DNA from: Candidatus Methanomethylicia archaeon
GTDB lineage: Archaea > Thermoproteota > Methanomethylicia > CALHIW01
Direction of reading: 5' to 3'
Assembly: GCA_938030905.1 (NCBI GenBank)
Contig: CALHIW010000013.1
Location: forward strand, 1-36,664
Length of the DNA: 36,664 nt
Shown here: in pieces, positions 20,140 to 30,874 of the stretch
Position numbering within the stretch: the first letter of the stretch is position 1
How the letters are laid out: each line of letters opens with the position of its first letter
Notes under the pieces: model-generated
Seen by the model: the letters and a program-made list of their open reading frames with translations, nothing else
The model's database searches: none
What the model was told of the DNA's origin: nothing
Position numbers and translations under genes: made by a program

Positions 20140-20631
20140 TTACAGTAAAGAGTCTGGAAGTTTATATAGATAGATTTTATGGATATGAATGCCATGAGTA
20201 TCAATATATTCAACTCTTAAAGGCTTTAATACTGGAACCTCATAGTCATGAGATACTATACGTGAACCATTCTTCATCTCCTCAACTATACGTTTACTAA
20301 GAACCCCTAATGCTTTAGGTGTTAAGTACAGGGTAAGAATATCTACATCACTAATATCAGCCTTAAAAAGGTCCCTCCTAAATATCTTAACATTCCTAAT
20401 ACCCCTACTTCTAATCTCCCTAACTGCTTCACAAATAAGATTATTATCAATCTCATATCCTATACATCTACATCCATACAGCTCAGAAGCAAGAATAAGT
20501 ATTCTACCATCACCACATCCAAGATCAACCAGCAACTCACCTCTTAAAGGCTTAGTAAGCTCAAGCATTCTTAAAGCAACTTCAATAGGTGTCGGTAAAT
20601 AAGGAATTTCCAACCTATATAATCGATACAT
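20140..20631 (-). CDS. Class I SAM methyltransferase, archaeal protein-lysine methyltransferase (aKMT/FAM173)-like
   Basis: PYLPTP, DLGCGDGRIL, GYEID, LTLYL, RIVSHDY. Confidence 0.8.
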   Translation of the reverse strand: MYRLYRLEIPYLPTPIEVALRMLELTKPLRGELLVDLGCGDGRILILASELYGCRCIGYEIDNNLICEAVREIRSRGIRNVKIFRRDLFKADISDVDILTLYLTPKALGVLSKRIVEEMKNGSRIVSHDYEVPVLKPLRVEYIDTHGIHIHKIYLYKLPDSLL

Positions 20632-21031
20632 AATAATACTTAATACAAATTATTTTAAAAGCTTATCCCATACTACGCCGCCATAGACTCCCAGCCACAA
20701 TTAAGTAAAGATATACATTAACAGTTTACCCCCACCCAAATCCTAATTTTACACAGTACACCATAGCCACTTCACTTACTAACTGTCTTCATATATTCCA
20801 GTTTTCTATGCTGTGCTTCTTTAAAACATATTTTCAAGACTCTTACATATTAAGCCACATTTATATTATACCTACTAAACATTAATTCTGATTTACATCA
20901 TTAATAGATTACATCAGGAGAGTAATGTCCATAATAGCATATTGTAGCTATGAGACTACATATCGGTAAGCAGTAGACAACATGTAGGGGAATAAATAGC
21001 ATAACATATACAATTACATGATTAGAAGAAT

Positions 21032-21868
21032 CTAGCTTATATTTGATAGTAGGAATCCTATAAGTGCTACTAGCATTATGTATATCATTACGTTTTTTAC
21101 AGTTTGAGCTTTTTCTGGATTTAGAATTACCTTCAAAATGAGTAGGATATAAAGAACCCCACATACTCCTAGAATTACTGTATATACTAACCCTGCTAGT
21201 TTTGTTAAACCTATTACTATAGCTACTATAACTCCTACTAATGATAGTAGGAATGCTACCTTAGCTGAATTTTCAATACCATATACTGTTACTACTGTTT
21301 TGTAGTTGTATTTTAAATCCCCGCTCATATCCGCTATACTCTTAATGAATTCTCTAGAAGTATTTACCAGGAAAACAACTATTGAGAATAAAATTATAAA
21401 TACCGTTTTCTCGGTTTTAGCTAGTGTTAAGCCGTATATGAATGGACCTGTTACAGCTAAGCTAACTAGAAACTGGCTATATAAATTCCTCCTTAGGAAG
21501 CTATAAATATAGGCTATTATGGAGTATATGAGGGATGTTATGAGGGATGTGAGCGAGGTAAAAACATTTATTACCACTCCTGTTATTAAGAATGCTAGGC
21601 TAATATTCATTATAGATTTAGGTTTAAATATGCCTCTCGGTAATGGCTTCCAAGGCTTATTAATCTTATCCACCTCTAAATCAACAACATCATTAATAAG
21701 CATTGCGGCTGATGAAGCTAGAAACCCTGTAAGAAAGCCTATAATAATATTAATGTAGTTACCAGTTGTATAGTTTTCAGCTACAAAAATAGTGGAGATA
21801 ACAGCCAATCCAGCCATACTGCAGTTCACACATCTAATCATCCTAGTAAACTCAATAATCCTACTCAT
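21032..21868 (-). CDS. UbiA prenyltransferase, probable digeranylgeranylglyceryl phosphate (DGGGP) synthase
   Basis: NDVVDLEVDKINKPWKPLPRG and REFIKSIADMSGD Asp-rich motifs; multiple TM helices. Confidence 0.85.
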   Translation of the reverse strand: MSRIIEFTRMIRCVNCSMAGLAVISTIFVAENYTTGNYINIIIGFLTGFLASSAAMLINDVVDLEVDKINKPWKPLPRGIFKPKSIMNISLAFLITGVVINVFTSLTSLITSLIYSIIAYIYSFLRRNLYSQFLVSLAVTGPFIYGLTLAKTEKTVFIILFSIVVFLVNTSREFIKSIADMSGDLKYNYKTVVTVYGIENSAKVAFLLSLVGVIVAIVIGLTKLAGLVYTVILGVCGVLYILLILKVILNPEKAQTVKNVMIYIMLVALIGFLLSNIS

Positions 21869-22364
21869 CCTATCAACATTTCAACAAGCAATATAAACCT
21901 ATCTCTAATACTCTATAAATCTACTCATTTAGAAATATATAGATACCAATTCAGTACATGGGAAGCTGATGTCTTTCAAAATTTTAAAACAACATTGGGA
22001 AGCAATTTAACTCTATCTACTATAAATTTAAGCTATCAATTCATTTAAGTTTACATATTCCATTTCCAACTCTACCTACTCTCTTTACGAATTTACTACT
22101 TAAGAATATAAGCTATATAACTGCATAGCTTTAGGCTTACAATCATAACTATTAAAATCTAAGAAGTTTACTACATCTAATAAGTTCATAATCAATACTT
22201 CCCTAAATCATAAATTAAAGTTAAAAGTTAATATGCAAGCTATAGTTTAAGGGTTGAGGTAATAAATATGTTTACTGAAGGTAAAATTTCAAGAGCAACT
22301 AGCTATCTTAAATGATTTAGTAGGTTCACTGAATATTTATATTTATGTATAAAATTAGTAATCT

Positions 22365-22979
22365 ATGTCTCAAACTAGGTTAAAGGAGAAACTTCTAAAA
22401 TTACTTAGTGAAGATGTAGAGTTTAGATATGCTGTACTTGGCTTACTAGGTATTCAGGAAGTATTAAGTGCAATCAAATCACTCCAAGAACAAGTAGCTA
22501 ACAATACAAGTGCAATCAAATCACTCCAAGAACAAGTAGCTATGCATACTGAGATACTTGAAGTTCATGCTAGAAGTGTTGAGAAAATATCTTCTAAGAT
22601 AGATGCTCTCGGAGTTAGGTGGGGGATCATTACTGAGGAGACATTTAGAGAATCAATAAAGTACCTAGTTGAAGATTTACTAAAGATATATAAGACTGAT
22701 AAATGGATTCATTATGATAGGGACGGATTTGTATATGGTTATCCTAGTACAGTAGAGGCAGATCTCCTAATTAAGAATAAGGAGCACATAATCGTAGAGT
22801 TTAAATCTCATGCTGACAGATCAGATATTAGCGAACTATTTAAAATAGGACAGCTATATGGAAAAATAACTGGAGTAAAACCAAAAATGCTTATGATAGC
22901 CTCAGCAATTAGGAGAAAAGCAAAGGAATTAGCAGATAAGATAGAAATAGAATGTAGGGGAACAGTACTAGAATACTAG
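22365..22979 (+). CDS. Coiled-coil plus PD-(D/E)xK nuclease-like protein (DUF3782/PaRep-like)
   Basis: EDVEFRYAVLGLLG, heptad repeats, ALGVRWGI..EETFR, EADLLI...IVEFKS. Confidence 0.8.
   Translation: MSQTRLKEKLLKLLSEDVEFRYAVLGLLGIQEVLSAIKSLQEQVANNTSAIKSLQEQVAMHTEILEVHARSVEKISSKIDALGVRWGIITEETFRESIKYLVEDLLKIYKTDKWIHYDRDGFVYGYPSTVEADLLIKNKEHIIVEFKSHADRSDISELFKIGQLYGKITGVKPKMLMIASAIRRKAKELADKIEIECRGTVLEY
22466..22542 (+). repeat. Intragenic tandem duplication, 42-bp period, 35 bp identical
   Basis: AAGTGCAATCAAATCACTCCAAGAACAAGTAGCTA at 22466-22500 and 22508-22542 (SAIKSLQEQVA twice). Confidence 0.95.
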
Positions 22980-23280
22980 TTATCACTCTTATAAAGTCCT
23001 CATAACCATTAGATATTAGTATCTAAACTTGTATTAGATAGTATATAAGCCTTTTCTATACGGCTTTCCATATGACTTATATGTAGATGTAGAAATGTTA
23101 AGGGATCCCGGGAAGTTGTGGGTTTAAGATAAATACTTAGCTTTCTATTATCTAAGAGTATGAATAAGGCAGCTGTAGATAGATAACTCTAGAGGCTAGG
23201 GGAAATGATAAGTTATGATGATTCAAATAGGGAGGTAAAAATTTATGCAATAGATATTTAAGAATTGCTATTTATCAAAA

Positions 23281-23340
23281 GGATACTGTCAAGTTAGTAC
23301 ATGTAAGCATGTACGGTTAATGGCTTAACTTGACAATATC
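23281..23340. mobile_element. ~60-bp MITE with IS6-like terminal inverted repeats
   Basis: GATACTGTCAAGTTA ... TAACTTGACAATATC (14/15 IR), similar to the IS ends at 24770/25446; flanks TATCAAAA/TACTAAAA resemble a decayed 8-bp TSD; internal GTACATG...CATGTAC hairpin. Confidence 0.7.
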
Positions 23341-23366
23341 TACTAAAAGTGAGGAGTATCCTAACT

Positions 23367-24719
23367 CTAATAAGATTGCTTGGTCTTCATGGCTTCATTA
23401 ATCATTCTAATTTCAGCCTTTACAACTTCATCCCATGATCCATAAGTTTCTAAGAGCTTGAGAGTTAACATATCTTCGTGCAGCTCAGCTAATCTATCTA
23501 AATCCATTTTTAAGGATATTAATAATTTTATAAGCCATAGCATTAATATCATACTCCGAAACGGTTAGAACAGCTTTAATACCACTATAAGTAGACTTTA
23601 TTGCTGGAATATCATATGCAACTACAGTTGTTCCAAGAGCTAAACTTTCCAAAACAATTAGAGGAAAAGCATCTTTATGTGATGGATAAATAAGAGTTCT
23701 TGCCTTAGATATGATTTTAATATGATTATTTCTATCTACATATCCTAAATACTCCACATTTTTACTAAGATTAAACCTTCTCAGCAATCTTTCAAACTCC
23801 CCCCTTACCCTTTGCTTAGTGAAAGCGCCAGTTATAATTAGCTTTGCATCTGGAAGCTTTGATATTACTTTACGCCAAATATAGGGTATTTCTAAAACTC
23901 CTTTTTCACATGTAAGCCTAGCTGAAAATACAGCATAGTTGTCTTTAGTATAACTCCTATACTTAATTAATTCATTATCGTAAGCATTAGATGGATGTAA
24001 AAACCCTACTACACTTACAATATTTCCTTAGCCCTGAAACTATAAATGGAGCTTCGGAAACTGAAGCTATGAACCCCAATCTAGGGCTTCTAATAATATC
24101 ATTATATACTTTCTTTATGTACATATTAGTATATGAGGCTAAGAGATGCTTTATGCTTAATCTAAGTATATTCCACTTCTCCATGGAAAGAAAGTGAAAC
24201 ATAACCTTTAAATTTTCATAGTAAGGTTCAAGCTGAAGCAAAATACCAAAGGGTTTTTTGGAGCTTGTTAGCAATATAGCTTGCCATAATTACAGCATCC
24301 ATAGCTTCATGGAGGGAGTATATGAAGTCCACCTTAAATGTTTTTATATCCTCCAGGTACTTGTTTGAGGTTTCATACTCAATCTTCCTAATCCTTAATA
24401 GTTTATGAGCTGTCACTCTCCTTTTAAGATCAATCTCTACCTCATCTAATACTTCTTCCAATATATTCCATACATTACTAGGAATAATAACTCCCTTTAT
24501 GGATAGGTAGTTAAATATCTTGTTGAATTCATTTAGAATGTCTTCCCTATTAGCTAAGCCAATACGTATTTTAGCTAGTACATCACTATATAATTCATTA
24601 TATGGTATAAATAGTACTGGCTCAACATTATAATTAATGTAACGTGTAATAACATTAAAAGCTCTTCTTGCACCGCCGCCAAGCTCTAAGAAGGGGTTTG
24701 CAACTACTATAAGCCTCAT
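23367..24719 (-). pseudogene. GT4 glycosyltransferase broken by three +1 frameshifts
   Basis: GGGARRA N-terminus; FSARLTCEKG; YPSHKDAFPLIVLESLALG; SWDEVVKAE C-terminus; removing one base from each run at 24254-24259, 23999-24003 and 23507-23511 restores a 449-aa ORF. Confidence 0.88.
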
Positions 24720-24769
24720 TAAACTAAAATGGTTTTCAAGGAATTTAAATATTTTTCGATAATGTTAGA

Positions 24770-25446
24770 GATACTGATAAGATAAGCTCACCATCCTAAA
24801 GGTGGAGTCTGAGGCTTTGATGGATTCTTAAGTAGTTATACTCATATGTTAGGATTTGATCTGTGGCTTCAAAATCTACAATTCCTCTTGATGTGGCATT
24901 TAAATTGTTATGGAGGCTTTTAGATGCTCTTCACTGCTCTGAAGTAGTGCTTTATAGTATTTAAGCTAGGCGATTTCAAAGCTCATGGATACATGAACCA
25001 CCTCCACAGAATCCAGGCTTATTCCCTACATGCCCTCAGGACCATCTTATGAACTTATAGGTGTAAAGGCTAGACTGATACTTGGGCATAAATGGCTATT
25101 ATTTCCCGATTCTACATCAATCACCCCCAAGATAGAGCCATCTACCCCCTGAAGCTTTGCCTCCACCCTATCAATTACTACATGACCCCCTGTTTGGAGG
25201 CCATGATGAGCTAGAGATTCAAACCTATGAATCATAGCCCTACAGCCCCCGCTTACCCTAACAAGCCAACAATGCCCAGCCATCCCCATGCCTAAACAGC
25301 TAAATAAGGATTACCCCAGCCTCAATAAAACATCACTACGTATGAAGAGCCATTTATCCTTACAGCCTCCAAAGCTTAAGGCATCCATAAATACTAACCC
25401 AAAGAAAGCCTGAAGGAGTTTCTAAAAACCTTATCTTGTCAGTATC
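24770..25446 (-). mobile_element. IS6-family insertion sequence with decayed DDE transposase
   Basis: 17-bp IRs GATACTGATAAGATAAG / CTTATCTTGTCAGTATC (16/17); 8-bp TSD ATGTTAGA/ATATTAGA; transposase fragments VVID..EAKLQG...IDVESG, NKP, HNNLNA. Confidence 0.85.
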
Positions 25447-25457
25447 ATATTAGAAGC

Positions 25458-25565
25458 TATGTGAACTTTAGATGTGAAAGTATATTAGTTAATGGTTTAA
25501 GTTAACAAACTAGCATTAAATGGGTTTGCTGAAAACTTCAATAATTAAGTTAGGTCTGCGTGTGA
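25458..25565. repeat. Dispersed degenerate ~100-bp repeat, copy 2
   Basis: Shares an 18-bp exact core with 9878-9895 plus downstream similarity (TAATG..TTAA.TTA, AATGGG, TTAAGTTA). Confidence 0.55.
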
Positions 25566-25893
25566 TTCTTCTAATTTTCTTTTACTTATATTGTTTATGA
25601 GTCTAGAACTCTTTATTTGTCTGATGGGAAGATGCCTTCTTTACATGTCTTCATGAGGGGGATAAAGGGTATAAAAGGGATAAGCAATAATTATGAGGTT
25701 TGAGAATTTATAATCTAGATATAGCTTAAGCAGGTTGTTATGGAAGTTGTTAAGTAAATAATAGGTATAAGATACTGAGCTTGATAGATTAAGGGTAAGC
25801 TTAGGCTTGATGAGGAGTCTAGACTTAGTAGTAAAGATGAAAGATTGCAGCTTCATAAGAAGTACCAATGTGTAGATTTCTATTATTTCGTCC

Positions 25894-26743
25894 TTAATAT
25901 CTAGTGTATAAATACTTTGTGGGGCATAAGTACCCCTGAAGTTTACCAGCCTCAGTAACCATTACGTAAGGAATTATTAATGGATTACCTCTACTTATAG
26001 ATGCAATAATTGATTTCAATATGTTTTTAATTATTAATTTATAAATTGATTTGCTATTAATGAATTCCATCATTTTAATACCAGCTGAATTCCATCTAGA
26101 TTTCTTAAATGCTTCCTACATAGATGTAGGAGTATAATGCTTTGCAGTATAGTCTAATAGTATCCTCCACTTGTATCCTTGAGTAACTACGTGTCTAAGT
26201 AAATGATAATCTTCATATGCTGCAAGCCATGCTGGTGGGTTCCAGCTTGCAACTATATCAGTTATTAGATATTGTATTTGTAGTATAACCTCTAAAAGCA
26301 TAGGGATTTATAGATGTTACATCAATAATTCTACTTGGATATATTTTATATAACCTTTTTAAATTCCAGAGAGAATATTCAGTAGCGTACGTTAAGTTTA
26401 TATTTATATGTAATCCATGAACTGCACCTACACCACCATCTAGTATGCTTGTAAGTTTAGTAAACCATCCACTAGTTAACTCAATATCGTCGTCGATAAA
26501 TACAAAGGAGTCCGTATCAACATACTTAACTCCGAGTCTTCTTGCATATGCAAGCTTAGCTCTAGTCTTCACTATAATAGCATCTGGAAAAATTGATTTA
26601 ATAGTATGAACTGTATCATCATATGAATAATTATCAACAACTACCAAATGACAAATAGGTACTTCACGTTTAATTGATGATAGACATCGTTTAAACCATG
26701 GTTTACAACTATTATACGTACACATCACAGCATCCAGTACCAT
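25894..26743 (-). pseudogene. GT2 glycosyltransferase pseudogene
   Basis: VMCTYNS, VVDNYSYDDT, FIDDD; frameshift near 26270 into AYEDYHL frame; TAG at 26116-26118, then frame continues (KKSRWNSAG...GYL) to TAA at 25894. Confidence 0.85.
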
Positions 26744-27029
26744 ACATACTAAATTTACTAAAGAAACTTATAAACTGTAAACTTAGTTGCAGTTAAGGTT
26801 TATGGAGCATATTGGATAGACTAACTTAAACAATGCCTTGCCACATGATTTCGCTTTTTATACTTCTTTACTGGTCCTAGTCTAAGTTACAAATGCTTTT
26901 CGAATTGCGAATCAAGGTAAAACAGTGGAGGTCATTCCTTCGCTATAAGAAAGCTTAATTACGCAACAAAACAACATTAAGCTTCCTAACATAAGGTTAA
27001 GAGATATATTGATAGGATAGAATATATGT

Positions 27030-27665
27030 TTTAGATGATGATGTTAAGATAAGGCTTTGGGTTCAAGGAATGTTTTCTTTGGAGAGTTTGTTTAGATGTT
27101 TAAGTGGTTTCTCGAAGCTGTTAGAAAGCTAAGATATTTAAGCATAATGAGGATTCGCTTACTCATAAGGTTAGCTGTATTAATGGCTGTTTAAGTTACG
27201 GGTTATGACCATTATGTTGGCTCAGATCCTTAGGTCAAGGCTCTGCTATTATTGGTTCAAAGTTAGGAAGCTCCAGTCTATGTAAGCTAGGTAAGAGGGA
27301 TATTGCAGTTAATGAAGCAAACTGAGGGTGGAAAGCTGTGACTATTTGTTGCTACAGTGTGAATTCCAAAGAATAGCCGTACATGCTAACTAATAGTGTT
27401 CAGCAATGAATACTGTATATGTTCTTAAAGAGGATTAGGCTCTACCTTATAAGTCATTAATTCTAGTTGATAAGGCTCATGGTATTTGAATGTTCCTTAA
27501 GAGCTTTAGGATCAAATAGACACATATTACTGCGGATTAAGAAACGGGATTGAAAAGCTATTCAGAGCTCTGAAGGATAGGATGAAGGTTTCACAATAAC
27601 TTTCCATCTAAGAGGGAGAAGGAAAGATTAGGAAAATTTTGATGACTGATGTTTGCTATTTCCTC
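27030..27665 (+). mobile_element. Second, heavily decayed IS6-family transposase remnant
   Basis: Fragments EAVRK, IAVNEAKLRVE, LILVDK, LRNGIEKLFRALKDRMK, HNNFP; ends not resolved. Confidence 0.75.
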
Positions 27666-27669
27666 AAAA

Positions 27670-27930
27670 GCTAAGGATTTACCTTTAGTACTATTGGAGG
27701 CTATGGCTTTAGATAAGGCGATCATTGCATTTAAAGCCGGCAGTGTATCTGAGGTTATTAGGATAAATATAATAATAGTATTCTTACAGAAACTGAATAT
27801 AGTTTAATTAAAAATTCAATAAAAAATTAATTTGCAATGAAGAATTACATAGAAAATTAGAGGCTATACTCACATACAGCTTGTAAGTTTCCTACATACG
27901 AAAATTTTATTAAAACTATAAAAACACTTA
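27670..27930 (+). pseudogene. C-terminal remnant of a GT4 glycosyltransferase
   Basis: DLPLVLLEAMALDKAIIAFKAGSVSEVIR matches the GT4 donor-binding segment; 5' part absent. Confidence 0.7.
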
Positions 27931-27969
27931 AGACAGTAAAAATATAAATTTTAAAGTTTCACTTCTACT

Positions 27970-28992
27970 ATGACCCATATAGTTTATATAGTTGATTCAC
28001 TATCTTCATTTAGACTACGTGACTATAAGATACTTAAGGAGATGGGATTTAAAATAGAGGTTGTAGAGGCACAATCAATTATTAGATTAGCGAGTAAAAG
28101 CTTTATTAAAGGTTTTAAGGGGGATGTTTTTTATGCATGGTATGCTACCTCACCCGGTCTTACAGCAGTAATTTTAGGTAAATTTTACCGAAAGCCAAGC
28201 ATCGTAAATGTTGCTGGATTTGAAGTCTGTAAGCAAGAAGATATTGGATACGGTTTAAGAATAACCAACCCTGAAAAAGTTAAATATGTAAAGTATACTT
28301 TACGAAATGCTACAAGAATTATTGCTGCTTCTCAATATTTAGCTGATGTGATTAATGAAGTTGAACCTCAATCTAATACTGAAGTTATATACAATAGTGT
28401 TGATACTTCTAAGTTTTCCCCCTCACAAGCCTTAACCAAGAAAAGATTACTTGTAAGTATTGGAATTTTATCCAAGGAAAATATTGTTAAAAAGGGCTTC
28501 CATACTTTACTTAATGCTATGCCGATTATTCTGAAGCATGATAAAAATATTAGGTTAATACTTATTGGAGAGAAGAGAGATGGCTACCCAATACTACTTA
28601 GAATGGTGAAAAAACTAAAAATTGAGAATAACGTTACTTTCACAGGGTTCATTGATGAAGATATGCTGATATCTATTCTAAGAAAAGCAATGGTATATGT
28701 GCATCCAGCTGGTCATGAAAGCTTTGGTATCTCTATAGCTGAGGCTATGAGCTGCAGCTTACCAGTTATAACAACTAGAAGAGGAGCTATACCAGAGGTT
28801 GTTGGTGATGCTGGATTATATGTTCCATTTAATGATGAATACTCACTAGCTGAAAACATTCTAACACTACTAAGCAATGAAGAACTTAGAAGAGAACTCT
28901 CTGTAAAGGCTAGGGAGAGAGTTGTTAAAATGTTTGATGTAAGGATTAGAGCTAAAAGATTAAAGGAGTTAATTAGCAGAGTTACAGCTTAA
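27970..28992 (+). CDS. GT4 (GT-B fold) glycosyltransferase
   Basis: VIYNSVD, KKG, HESFGISIAEAMSCSLPVITT, IPEVVGDAG. Confidence 0.92.
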   Translation: MTHIVYIVDSLSSFRLRDYKILKEMGFKIEVVEAQSIIRLASKSFIKGFKGDVFYAWYATSPGLTAVILGKFYRKPSIVNVAGFEVCKQEDIGYGLRITNPEKVKYVKYTLRNATRIIAASQYLADVINEVEPQSNTEVIYNSVDTSKFSPSQALTKKRLLVSIGILSKENIVKKGFHTLLNAMPIILKHDKNIRLILIGEKRDGYPILLRMVKKLKIENNVTFTGFIDEDMLISILRKAMVYVHPAGHESFGISIAEAMSCSLPVITTRRGAIPEVVGDAGLYVPFNDEYSLAENILTLLSNEELRRELSVKARERVVKMFDVRIRAKRLKELISRVTA

Positions 28993-29030
28993 AGATTTCC
29001 TTAACTATATTAACCATTCTTCATAAATCC

Positions 29031-29051
29031 CTCCATTATTAAATGATGGAG
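29031..29051. terminator. Imperfect palindrome between convergent genes
   Basis: CTCCATTATT-A-AATGATGGAG (9/10 arms); function not established. Confidence 0.25.
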
Positions 29052-29166
29052 AGAATGAAGGTTTACTAATTCATTGAATACCTTTCTCATCTCTACCAAT
29101 ATGGATTTGTTTATACTACCTTGACAAATCAGTCTTTACCGTTTTAGGTCTCTCAATAGATGCTTT

Positions 29167-30510
29167 TTATATATTACCAACACCTAAATAAACGAATCCT
29201 AACTTCGAAACCTCCTTACTCAAAACATTCCTTCCATCTATGATTACCCTGCACCTCATTTCTCTTGCCATCTTTTCTAAATTAAGGCTCTTAAATTCCT
29301 CATGATCAGTTGCGATTATTACAGCATCAATGCCTTTAAAATCCTCTTTCCATTTAGCTCCGAATTTTTCTGCGTCTCCTCTACTGCAGAGAGGATCGTA
29401 GGCGTAAACCTCAACATTCCGTTTCTTTAGTTCTCTTATTATTTCTAAAGCTGGACTATTTATGAATTCCTTAACGCCACCCCTAAAACTTAATCCTAAA
29501 ACCAAAATTCTGCTACCATTTAAAAGCTTCTCAACTTCGTTAAGTCCCTTTATTGCCAGCTCAACTATATGCTTCGGCATTGCATCGTTTATCTCTCTTG
29601 CAGTTCTTATAAGTCTTGGATTTGTCTTTTTAGCTAAGTTTATTACAAACCAAGGATAGACTGGAATACAGTGTCCGCCAACACCGGCTCCAGGCATGTG
29701 GAGATGACAGTAGGGCTGGGTGTTTGCAGCTTTAAAGATCTCTAAAGCATTTAACCCATGCTCTTCACACCATAAGGCCAACTCATTTGCTAGGGCAATA
29801 TTAACGTCTCTGTATATCCCCTCAAAAACCTTGACAGCCTCGGCGGTTTTTATTGAGCTAACTGGGATAACCCCCTTCTTGTTTATTGCCTCATAGATTC
29901 CAATAACAGCTTCAAGGGTTTCCTTATCACTTGCACCAACTATCTTTGGATATTTTTCAGTTATATCTCTTATTGCGGTCCCGCTCATTACCCTTTCAGG
30001 AGCGTGGGCTAAACCAAATTCTCCAAGCTTTAATCCACTTTTCTCTAGAATTGGAATTAAGCTTTCAGTAGTGCCTGGGGGCATTGTAGCCTCGGTTATA
30101 ACTATATCTCCCTTCTTCAAACCTTGAGAAATTTTATAGGTAACATCATAAACAGGCTCAAGCTTAATTTCCCTGTCATTAGCTAAGGTTGGAACCAGAA
30201 TTACCATAACATCTGCCTTTTTTGCTGCTTCAACACCATCATTTGTGGCTTCTAGCCTACCCTCCTCAACGTTTCTTCTTACGAGTTCATCTAATTCAGG
30301 CTCTTCTTTAATGTGATTTTCTCCCTTATTTACCATCTTAACAATTTTTTCGTTAACATCAACACCTACTACCTTAGTGTGTTCTGCAAATATAGCGGCT
30401 AAGGGCAATCCAATCCTACCAAGACCATAAACAGCTATAGAAACCTTTCCTTCTTTAAGGACCCTCTTAACCTCCTCCCTATTCAGACCAATCAGCTTCA
30501 CCTCAATCAC
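29167..30510 (-). CDS. UDP-N-acetylhexosamine 6-dehydrogenase (WecC/WbpA family)
   Basis: GLGRIGLP, ILVPT, PPGTT, PER, RDVNIALANE, GVGGHCIP, YDP, IIDGRN. Confidence 0.93.
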   Translation of the reverse strand: MIEVKLIGLNREEVKRVLKEGKVSIAVYGLGRIGLPLAAIFAEHTKVVGVDVNEKIVKMVNKGENHIKEEPELDELVRRNVEEGRLEATNDGVEAAKKADVMVILVPTLANDREIKLEPVYDVTYKISQGLKKGDIVITEATMPPGTTESLIPILEKSGLKLGEFGLAHAPERVMSGTAIRDITEKYPKIVGASDKETLEAVIGIYEAINKKGVIPVSSIKTAEAVKVFEGIYRDVNIALANELALWCEEHGLNALEIFKAANTQPYCHLHMPGAGVGGHCIPVYPWFVINLAKKTNPRLIRTAREINDAMPKHIVELAIKGLNEVEKLLNGSRILVLGLSFRGGVKEFINSPALEIIRELKKRNVEVYAYDPLCSRGDAEKFGAKWKEDFKGIDAVIIATDHEEFKSLNLEKMAREMRCRVIIDGRNVLSKEVSKLGFVYLGVGNI

Positions 30511-30874
30511 CTAGTCTAACAGCTTTGCTCCCCTTGGTATTTTCTAAGGTCTTTATAGCAATTTTTAAGGCATGCAATTTATCTTTTTCAGACACAATCA
30601 ACCCTCCCATTTACAATACATTCAATGAAATACTTAAACTCTACTTTTAAAGGCTCCATTTTCTGACTCTTTACTTCTCTCATCCATTTCTCATCACATA
30701 TTCCACGTAATCTTTAAAAGTCTTCGTTTCAAACTGGAGGCAACTTCTTTAGTTCTCTTGAAGTTTGTATCTGTCACTTCAATTAGTTTAATTTCCCCCT
30801 CTAGCTAATTCTGAATAGATTCTGGCATGATGAAAACCTATATTTTCGACGTCAACAACTCCGACTTTTATCAT
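30511..30874 (-). pseudogene. Gfo/Idh/MocA oxidoreductase (WbpB/WlbA-like) pseudogene with large internal deletion
   Basis: N-terminus MIKVGVVDVENIGFHHARIYSELAR (decayed GxG.xG) and C-terminal KVEFKYFIECI...LHALKIA, only ~360 bp in total. Confidence 0.75.

Noticed and set aside
23798-23805. G6 run in the GT4 pseudogene as a further frameshift
   Set aside because: Recount shows the frame is preserved across it
24785-24810. CACCATCCTAAAGGTGG hairpin resembling an IS605 subterminal palindrome
   Set aside because: Lies inside the IS6 element defined by IRs/TSD; imperfect, with no tnpA/tnpB adjacent
25600-25890. ORF 25641-25868 or an integrase-like remnant
   Set aside because: Low complexity; no convincing catalytic motif
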